NCBI GenBank assembly: GCA_964511575.1 | Contig: CAZEFM010000005.1 | Coordinates: forward strand, 6,232 to 70,231 | Origin: an uncultured Phycisphaeraceae bacterium | Lineage (GTDB): Bacteria > Planctomycetota > Phycisphaerae > Phycisphaerales > Phycisphaeraceae | Length of the DNA: 64,000 nucleotides | Direction of reading: 5' to 3' | Shown here: piece by piece, positions 1-6,931 of the stretch | Numbering within the stretch: the stretch's first letter is position 1 | How the letters are laid out: every line of letters starts with the position of its first letter | Notes under the pieces: generated by a model | What the model saw: the letters and a program-made list of their open reading frames with translations, nothing else | Database searches by the model: none | Told to the model about the DNA's origin: nothing | Made by a program: the position numbers and the translations under genes

Positions 1-530
1 AGCCGAACGTTCCGCAGGAGGTGCTGGTGCCGCTGACGTTGCCCGAGCCGGTGGCGAACGCGGAGGTGGTTCCGAACCGTGCGCGGGTGCGGTTCACGAT
101 TGATCGTCGCACGACGACGCTGACACTGCCGCGCGTGCCGCTGTACGTTTCCGCGCCGCCTTCGCTGCTGGAGCGGTTCGACATTGTGGTGCCGGAGGAA
201 AGCCGCTTTGTGCGCAACGTGGTGCTCAAGGGGCCTGCGGATGCGATCGCGCGAATCGAGTCGGGCGATCAGCAGGTTGCGGCCGTGCTGGTGTTCACCA
301 GCAGCGATGAGTTGCGATCTCCCTCGGACCGAAAGCTGCCCGAGCTTCGGCTGCCGAGCAATGTGACGGTCGATTCGCCGCTGGAGCGGGTGGAGTATCA
401 GGTGGTTCGTCGGTTGGCGACCACGCCGGCCAACCCGCCGGTGCCTTCCAACGCGTCGGACCTGCCGACGCCGGCTCCATTCGACCTGGATGCGTTCGTT
501 CCGGGGCGTTCCGCGGGGGACGATGAATGA
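1..530 (+). CDS. 5'-truncated CDS, C-terminal part of a YbbR/CdaR-like repeat protein (function call weak)
   Basis: The reading frame is open to the window start (frame of nt 3), with a stop at 528-530. Segments such as 'VVLKGPADAIARIES' resemble YbbR-type repeats. The Pro-rich C-terminal tail is low complexity. Confidence 0.45.
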   Translation, partial: PNVPQEVLVPLTLPEPVANAEVVPNRARVRFTIDRRTTTLTLPRVPLYVSAPPSLLERFDIVVPEESRFVRNVVLKGPADAIARIESGDQQVAAVLVFTSSDELRSPSDRKLPELRLPSNVTVDSPLERVEYQVVRRLATTPANPPVPSNASDLPTPAPFDLDAFVPGRSAGDDE

Positions 531-628
531 AGAAGCTGGTGCGGGGTGTGGATATCGCCGGTCGACAACGGTAGGATCGCACGTCTCGCCGCGGTAAGGA
601 CCGTTCGGCGGTGAGATGAAAGGACCCG

Positions 629-1930
629 GTGATGAGCACCCCCGCGACGACCACGTCCGCGGCTTCGCCCGCAGACGTGAAGCGTTACTGCCACGACCTT
701 GCGACCCGCGCCCAATCGGCCGGTCGCCTTCTCAGCGCCAGCAGCGGTGCTGTGCGTGCGGCCGCCCTGCATCAGGTGGCGCAGCTCATCGGCGAACGCG
801 CCGAAGCCATTGAACAAGCCAACGCCCGTGATCTTGCCGCCGCCCGTGACGCCGGACTCGCCGATGCGATGGTCGATCGGTTGAAGCTGGATCGCGGCCG
901 CATCGACAAGATCGCTCAATCCGTCCGGCAGATCGCTGATCAGGTGGACCCGGTGGGGCAGGTGATCGAGGGATACGTTCGGCCGAACGGTCTGCGGCTG
1001 GAAAAGGTGCGCGTGCCCATCGGCGTGGTGCTCATCATTTATGAGAGCAGGCCCAACGTCACCAGTGACGCGGCGGCGCTGTGCATCAAGAGCGGCAACG
1101 CGGTGATCCTCCGCGGCGGCAAGGAGGCGATTCATTCGAATGCGGCGCTTGCCGCGTGTGTGCGGGATGGGTTGGCGCAGGCGGGGCTGGATCCTGATTG
1201 TGTGCAGCTTGTCGAGACCACCGACCGTGCTGCGGTGACGGAGTTGTTGCAACTGGAGGGATTGATTGACCTGGCGATTCCGCGCGGCGGCGAGTCGCTG
1301 ATCCGGGCTGTCGTGCAACAGGCGCATATCCCCGTAATCAAGCATTACACGGGCAACTGCCATGTGTACGTTGATGCGGAGGCGGATGATGACATGGCGG
1401 TGGCGATCTGCATCAACGCCAAGACGCAGCGGCCCGGTGTGTGCAACGCGGCGGAAACGCTGCTGGTGCATGCCGATGCGGCGAAGCGCGGACTCCTGAA
1501 GCGCATTGTCGAAGCGCTGGCGGAACGCGGCGTGGAGGTGCGCGGCGATGAGCGTACCTGCGCGGTCTTCCCGAATGCCCGACCCGCCACGGAGGAGGAC
1601 TGGGCGACCGAGTATCTCGATCTGGTGATGGCGGTGCGCGTCGTCGACAGCCTCGATGAGGCGGTGGCGCACATCAACCGTTATGGATCACGTCACACCG
1701 ACGCGATCGTCAGTCGGTCGATCGTCGCGGCCGATCGATTTGTCCAGACAGTCGATTCCGCCAATGTGTTTGTTAACTGTTCCACGCGATTCAGCGACGG
1801 CGGTGAATACGGCCTTGGCGCGGAGATCGGCATCAGCACCGACAAGCTCCACGCGCGCGGCCCGATGGGCGCAGCCGACCTGACGACCTACAAATGGATT
1901 GCCCGCGGCAACGGGCAGGTTCGCACATGA
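629..1930 (+). CDS. proA: gamma-glutamyl phosphate reductase
   Basis: 433-aa ORF with ProA hallmark segments: 'VPIGVVLIIYESRPNVT', 'KSGNAVILRGGKEA', 'NAKTQRPGVCNAAETLLVH', 'INRYGSRHTDAIV', 'NCSTRFSDGGEYGLGAEIGISTDKLHARGPMG'. Start is GTG 629 or ATG 632. An AAGGA Shine-Dalgarno lies upstream. Confidence 0.95.
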   Translation: MMSTPATTTSAASPADVKRYCHDLATRAQSAGRLLSASSGAVRAAALHQVAQLIGERAEAIEQANARDLAAARDAGLADAMVDRLKLDRGRIDKIAQSVRQIADQVDPVGQVIEGYVRPNGLRLEKVRVPIGVVLIIYESRPNVTSDAAALCIKSGNAVILRGGKEAIHSNAALAACVRDGLAQAGLDPDCVQLVETTDRAAVTELLQLEGLIDLAIPRGGESLIRAVVQQAHIPVIKHYTGNCHVYVDAEADDDMAVAICINAKTQRPGVCNAAETLLVHADAAKRGLLKRIVEALAERGVEVRGDERTCAVFPNARPATEEDWATEYLDLVMAVRVVDSLDEAVAHINRYGSRHTDAIVSRSIVAADRFVQTVDSANVFVNCSTRFSDGGEYGLGAEIGISTDKLHARGPMGAADLTTYKWIARGNGQVRT

Positions 1931-2613
1931 TGACCAACCCCCATGCCCGAATCGGAATCCCGCCAGCCCGGACGCCAGCCATTCAATTGGTTTGTTTCGA
2001 TCTGGGGCGCGTGCTCATTGAGATCTGTGATGGCTGGGAGGATGCCTGTCGGGAAGCGGGGGTGACGTTTCCGGTGTGCCTGGGGGAGATGGATCGGCGG
2101 CAGCGCATGGTTGATCTGGCGCTGGAGCATGAAACCGGCCGCATCGATGCGGGCACGTTCGATCGTGAGATGGCGCGGTTGCTGGGGATGTCGCCCGAAC
2201 AGGTGGCGGCGGTGAGCTGTGCGTGGCTCAAATCGCCGTGCCCCAATATCGAGTGGCTCATCGATGCGGTGCGGCAGTCCGGCGTCGCCACCGCATGCCT
2301 TTCCAACACCAACGATCGGCACTGGCGCATGATGTCGGGGCAGGTCGACAGCCCCGCACGTTTGCCCGTCGATCGGCTGGATCATCACTTTGTCAGCTAC
2401 GTGATTGGCGCGATGAAGCCTGATCCGGCGATCTATGCGCACGTGGAGGAGGCGACGGGGGTGGCTCCGCATCAGATCGCGTTTTTCGATGATCTCCCCG
2501 ACAACGTCGACGCCGCCCGCCGCCGCGGCTGGTACGCCCGCCGCATCACCCCGGAGATGGACTCGGTGTCGCAGATGCACGAGGCGCTGGTGGAATGGGG
2601 GGTGCTGCGGTAG
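1927..2613 (+). CDS. HAD-superfamily hydrolase (subfamily IA-like)
   Basis: ATG 1927 overlaps the proA stop (ATGATGA). HAD motifs are present: 'CFDLGRVL' (motif I variant), 'LSNTN' (II), 'KPDPAIY' (III Lys), 'FFDDLPDNV' (IV). Confidence 0.8.
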   Translation: MMTNPHARIGIPPARTPAIQLVCFDLGRVLIEICDGWEDACREAGVTFPVCLGEMDRRQRMVDLALEHETGRIDAGTFDREMARLLGMSPEQVAAVSCAWLKSPCPNIEWLIDAVRQSGVATACLSNTNDRHWRMMSGQVDSPARLPVDRLDHHFVSYVIGAMKPDPAIYAHVEEATGVAPHQIAFFDDLPDNVDAARRRGWYARRITPEMDSVSQMHEALVEWGVLR

Positions 2614-2667
2614 TGAAAATGTTATTGAAACGTTCTCCTTGGGGTTGTAGCATTCACGAGGTGCTCC

Positions 2668-2916
2668 ATGGACCGTGAAGCGATTCTCCAGCATATTTCG
2701 ATCGATCCGGCCGTGTGCTTTGGGAAAGCATGCGTGCGTGGTCGCCGTATTTGGGTGTCGCTTGTACTGGACCTGTTGGCAACGGGCATGTCAATCGAGG
2801 ATGTGAAGCGCGAATATGACCTGACCGACGCGCAGATTCGCGCATGCCTTGCATACGGGGCGGAGATGGCGCGGGGTCGACATCTGGACATTCCCATGGA
2901 GCGTCGTGCATCGTGA
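2668..2916 (+). CDS. DUF433-family small protein (antitoxin-like partner of DUF5615)
   Basis: 82 aa. 'DPAVCFGKACVRGRRIWVSLVLDLLATGMSIEDVKREYDLTDAQIRACLAYG' matches the DUF433 pattern (GKPCIRGTRI...VL..LA.G.S.EEI...Y.L...I.AAL.YA). Its stop overlaps the next gene's start (GTGA at 2913-2916). Confidence 0.8.
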   Translation: MDREAILQHISIDPAVCFGKACVRGRRIWVSLVLDLLATGMSIEDVKREYDLTDAQIRACLAYGAEMARGRHLDIPMERRAS

Positions 2917-3305
2917 GCACACGCATCAAATTGGATGAGAATCTTGGCGCTTCTCTCGCGTCGCTGTTTCGGGATGCGGGACACGACGTGGAGACCGTCA
3001 AGAGCGAAGGGCTGCTCGGTGCCGCGGATCGCGACCTCATCGAGATATGTCGTCAGGAAGACCGCTGTCTCGTCACGCTGGACATGGATTTCGCGAACCC
3101 GCTGGTTTTTGACCCGCGTCGGTATGCGGGCATCGCGGTGCTGCGCGTTCGGCCCGGTTGCCGTTGGGAGGATCTGGTGCTTTTGGCACAGACGTTGATT
3201 CGCTTCCTCGCCACCACGCCGGTGCGTGGTCACCTATGGGTTGTTCAACCCGGCCGATTGAGGGAGTACTCGTCTGAGGATGACGACGGCTTTCAGGAGC
3301 TGTGA
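2913..3305 (+). CDS. DUF5615 (Mut7-C/PIN-like) protein, toxin-like partner of DUF433
   Basis: The GTG start at 2913 overlaps the upstream stop. 'IKLDENLGASLASLFRDAGHDVETVKSEGLLGAADRDLIEICRQEDRCLVTLDMDF' matches the DUF5615 layout (LDENL...L...GHDV......L.GA.D..I...A..E.R.LVT.D.DF). Confidence 0.75.
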   Translation: MSTRIKLDENLGASLASLFRDAGHDVETVKSEGLLGAADRDLIEICRQEDRCLVTLDMDFANPLVFDPRRYAGIAVLRVRPGCRWEDLVLLAQTLIRFLATTPVRGHLWVVQPGRLREYSSEDDDGFQEL

Positions 3306-3371
3306 TTTCCCCCTGTCCCGCTTTCGCCTATCATTCGGCGGTTTCCTGCGTTTCAAGGATGAGTGTTTCGC

Positions 3372-6300
3372 ATGACCGCAACGCCTGTATCGTCTGCTGA
3401 TCTGTCGGTTCCGCCGGTTCGGGTTTCCCGGGTGGAGGTGCGCCCGCGTGCCGGGGAGCCGGACCCTGTCGCCGCCGCGGCGCTCGCCGATGCCCGTCAG
3501 CATTTCGGGTCAGTGACGGCGGTCCGTTCGGCACGGGTGTACCTCATCGAGGGGCCGCTGTCCGACGCCGCGGTCGAGCGCATCGCGCAGGAGCTGCTTG
3601 CCGACCCGGTGAGCCAGACCGCCACCGTGGGGGTGGCACCCGCCGGTGATGGCGTTGCCCTTGTCGAGGTGCACTACAAGCCGGGCGTGATGGATCCGGT
3701 GGCCCAATCGACGCAGGACGCCATCGTCGAAATGCTCGAGGGCATCGCCGCGGATCAGGTGTCGGTGCGCACCGGCGTGCGGTACGACCTGGAAGGCGTC
3801 GGCGCGTCGATCGAGCAGCTCGAAGCGTTTGCCGCACGATACCTCGCCAACCCGGTGATTCAGGAAATTCACGTTACGCCCTTTACGCCTGATGCTTTTC
3901 CGCACGGGCATGAGCAGGCGTTTCGGTTGACGCACGTGCCGTTGCGCGATCTGGATGATGAAGCGCTGATGAAGCTGTCGCGCGAAGCGCACCTGTTTCT
4001 CAGCCGGGATGAGATGGTCGCCATCCGCGATTACTACCGCGCGCTCCCCGATGGACGGGAGCCGACGGACATCGAACTGGAAACGCTCGCCCAGACATGG
4101 AGCGAGCATTGCGTTCACAAGACGCTCAAGGCGACGATCCGCTATCGCGATGAGGCGGCCGATGCCTCAGCTTCCGGTACATCTTGGCACGATCGCCCGG
4201 GACATGAGGTGCACGATGATGGCTCGGTGACGATCCACAACCTGCTCAAGAACACGATCGCCGCCGCCACGCGGAAGCTGATGTCCGAGCCGCCGCACAA
4301 CGAATGGTGTGTCAGCGTGTTCGTCGACAACGCGGGCATTGTGCGTTTTGACGATGAGGATGCGGTGTGCATCAAGGTGGAAACGCACAACCACCCCAGC
4401 GCGATCGAGCCGTACGGCGGCGCGGCGACGGGGATCGGCGGGTGCATCCGTGACGTGATGGGCACGGGCCTTTCCGCCAAGCCGATCGCCAACACCGATG
4501 TGTTCGCCGTGGCGTGGAAAGAGCAGCAGGAATCCGGTGACACGGACGCCGCACTGCCCAAGGGGGTCATCCACCCGCGACGGATTCTGCAGCAGGTCGT
4601 GGCCGGTGTGCGCGACTACGGCAACCGCATGGGCATTCCCACCGTGAACGGCGCGGTCGTCTTCCACGACAACTATCTGGGTAACCCGCTTGTTTTCGCC
4701 GGGTGCATCGGCATTATCCCGCTCGATAAATGTTTCGGTGCGCCCAAGCCGGGCGACCGCATCATCGCGTTGGGCGGCGCGACCGGTCGCGATGGCATCC
4801 ACGGCGCAACATTTTCCTCAGCCGAACTCACCGACACGCACGCCGATGAGTTTTCCCATGCCGTGCAGATCGGCAACGCCATCACGCAGAAGAAGACGAT
4901 GGACGTCATTCTGCAGGCACGCGATTACGTGCATGAGGACGGCGTGTCCCAGCCGCTCTTCCACGCGATCACCGACTGTGGTGCGGGTGGCTTCTCCAGT
5001 GCGGTGGGCGAGATGGGCGAAAAGCTCGGTGCGCGCGTGACGCTCGAAAAAGCCCCGCTCAAGTACGCCGGCCTGACCTATACGGAAGTGTGGATCTCCG
5101 AAGCTCAGGAGCGCATGGTGCTCGCCGTTCCGCCTGAGCATATCGACAAGCTCGGGGCGTTGTGTGCCGCCGAAGACGTGGCGATGTGTGATCTGGGCGA
5201 GTTCGGCTGCACAACGGAATCCGGCGAACCGCAGCTCGTGCTCACGTGGCACGGCAACGAGGTGGGGCGACTGTCCATGCATCTGCTGCACGAAGGCATC
5301 CCCATGCCGACGCGCGATGCCACGTGGAAGCCGGGCGAAGCGCCAGCCGACACGCTGCGCCGTTCGCAGGCGACCAGGAACGACCGTTCGCTGTCCGACA
5401 CATTGCACACGCTGCTGGCGCACCCGAACATCGCATCCAAACACTGGATCATCCGCCAGTACGACCATGAAGTGCAGGGCGGGTCGGTAATCAAGCCGCT
5501 CGTCGGGCCGGAGCAGGATGGCCCCAGCGATGCGGCGGTGATTCGGCCGAAGCTCTCGAGCAATCGCGGCATCGCGGTGGGTTGCGGGCTGCAGCCGTAC
5601 CTCAGCGAAACCGCCGCCGACGCGGGGCTTGCCCTGGATGGCGATTCGTATTGGATGGCACTGGCGGGCATCGATGAAGCGGTGCGCAACGTGGTGTGCG
5701 TCGGGGCTGACCCGCAGCGAATTGCAATTCTCGATAACTTCTGCTGGCCCAAGTGCGACGACCCGCGACAACTCGGCGCGCTGGTGCGTGCCGCGGAGGC
5801 GTGCTACGACGGGGCGCTTGCGTATCGCACGCCGTTCGTTTCGGGCAAGGACTCGCTGAGCAACCAGTTCACAACGGAAGATGGCCGCATCATCGCGATT
5901 CCACAGACGCTGTTGATTACCGCGCTGGGGATTGTGCCCGATGTGCTGCGCAGCCGAACGATGGACGCCAAGGCCGCGGGCAACGTGCTGCTGCTCGTGG
6001 GTGAGACGACATCGGCAACGGGTGGTTCGCACCTGCGCAGCGTTGGCATCGGCGCGGGCGATCCGTTCGTGCCGCGCGTTGACCTCGTCCAGGGCCCCGC
6101 CAATGCCCGGGCGGTGGCGGACCTCATCGCCGCGGGACTCGTGCGGTCGGCACACGACTGCTCGGACGGCGGCGTTCTCGTGGCGGCGGCGGAAATGGCC
6201 TTCGCCGGCCGCGTGGGGCTCGACGTCGAACTCGACGGCGTGCCCACGGCGGCCGCGCTCGATCACACCGTCGCCGCGTTCGCCGAAACGCCCAGCCGCT

Positions 6301-6494
6301 ATCTGCTGGAAGTCGCGCCGGGTGATCTGGACGCCGTTGTTCGCAAGCTGCGCGACGCCAACGTTCGCTTCGGCCAGATCGGCAGGTTCGCCGACCACGA
6401 TCGGCTCACCGTCCGCACCGCCAGCGCGGGAAGGATTCTGGACGAATCCCTCGACGCCCTGCGCCAAAGCTGGCTCGGCACGCTCGACTGGTAA
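3372..6494 (+). CDS. purL: phosphoribosylformylglycinamidine synthase, PurS-PurS-PurL fusion
   Basis: About 1040 aa. The PurL core carries 'LAQTWSEHCVHKT', 'VETHNHPSAIEPYGGAATGIGG', 'GGATGRDGIHGATFSS', 'AITDCGAGGFSSAVGEM'. It is preceded by two PurS-like repeats ('VEVRPRAGEPDPVAAA...LADPV' and 'VEVHYKPGVMDPVAQS...LANPVIQEIHV'). Start is ATG 3372 or GTG 3363. Confidence 0.9.
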   Translation: MTATPVSSADLSVPPVRVSRVEVRPRAGEPDPVAAAALADARQHFGSVTAVRSARVYLIEGPLSDAAVERIAQELLADPVSQTATVGVAPAGDGVALVEVHYKPGVMDPVAQSTQDAIVEMLEGIAADQVSVRTGVRYDLEGVGASIEQLEAFAARYLANPVIQEIHVTPFTPDAFPHGHEQAFRLTHVPLRDLDDEALMKLSREAHLFLSRDEMVAIRDYYRALPDGREPTDIELETLAQTWSEHCVHKTLKATIRYRDEAADASASGTSWHDRPGHEVHDDGSVTIHNLLKNTIAAATRKLMSEPPHNEWCVSVFVDNAGIVRFDDEDAVCIKVETHNHPSAIEPYGGAATGIGGCIRDVMGTGLSAKPIANTDVFAVAWKEQQESGDTDAALPKGVIHPRRILQQVVAGVRDYGNRMGIPTVNGAVVFHDNYLGNPLVFAGCIGIIPLDKCFGAPKPGDRIIALGGATGRDGIHGATFSSAELTDTHADEFSHAVQIGNAITQKKTMDVILQARDYVHEDGVSQPLFHAITDCGAGGFSSAVGEMGEKLGARVTLEKAPLKYAGLTYTEVWISEAQERMVLAVPPEHIDKLGALCAAEDVAMCDLGEFGCTTESGEPQLVLTWHGNEVGRLSMHLLHEGIPMPTRDATWKPGEAPADTLRRSQATRNDRSLSDTLHTLLAHPNIASKHWIIRQYDHEVQGGSVIKPLVGPEQDGPSDAAVIRPKLSSNRGIAVGCGLQPYLSETAADAGLALDGDSYWMALAGIDEAVRNVVCVGADPQRIAILDNFCWPKCDDPRQLGALVRAAEACYDGALAYRTPFVSGKDSLSNQFTTEDGRIIAIPQTLLITALGIVPDVLRSRTMDAKAAGNVLLLVGETTSATGGSHLRSVGIGAGDPFVPRVDLVQGPANARAVADLIAAGLVRSAHDCSDGGVLVAAAEMAFAGRVGLDVELDGVPTAAALDHTVAAFAETPSRYLLEVAPGDLDAVVRKLRDANVRFGQIGRFADHDRLTVRTASAGRILDESLDALRQSWLGTLDW

Positions 6495-6542
6495 ACCCGG
6501 CGTCGTCACTTACGCGAACCCCGAAACCACACCCGACGTTCA

Positions 6543-6839
6543 TCACAGCCCGCGCTGTGACTTCGCCGTCACCGCGCCGTTCACGAATGTCACCGTGATC
6601 TGTCTGCCCTCATCGTCGCGCCACACCGCGACGCTTGCGTTCGCCTCCACGCCGGGCAACGACACCCCGCCGCTGTCGACCTCGTCGGGCTCGCCCAAAA
6701 TGTCGCGAACCTGCTGTTCGGTCATGCCGGTTTCGATTCGGTCGTAGTTGGCGCGGGTGATACTCTGGCCGCAGCCAGCCAGCGTCACCGCCATAACGCA
6801 CAGCATCCACACGACGCTCGCCGTTTTCGCCTGCCGCAT
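6543..6839 (-). CDS. small lipoprotein, BamE/SmpA-OmlA-like (DUF3862-type)
   Basis: Signal peptide with lipobox 'VTLAGC'. Contains 'YDRIETGMTEQQVRDILGEPD' and the C-terminal 'ITVTFVNGAVTAKSQRGL' pattern typical of this small-lipoprotein fold. Confidence 0.7.
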   Translation of the reverse strand: MRQAKTASVVWMLCVMAVTLAGCGQSITRANYDRIETGMTEQQVRDILGEPDEVDSGGVSLPGVEANASVAVWRDDEGRQITVTFVNGAVTAKSQRGL

Positions 6840-6918
6840 GATCTGTCTCCCGTCGCAAGGTTCCCCGAACGGGTGCAATCCGCGTGCCCGATGCCGCCCC
6901 GCGATCCGCCACGCTTCC

Positions 6919-6924
6919 TATAAT
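6919..6924 (+). promoter_or_regulatory. perfect -10 hexamer TATAAT, 7 nt upstream of the polA ATG (possible leaderless transcript)
   Basis: TATAAT at 6919-6924, spacer CCTCCTC, ATG at 6932. There is no Shine-Dalgarno and I see no good -35. Confidence 0.3.
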
Positions 6925-6931
6925 CCTCCTC

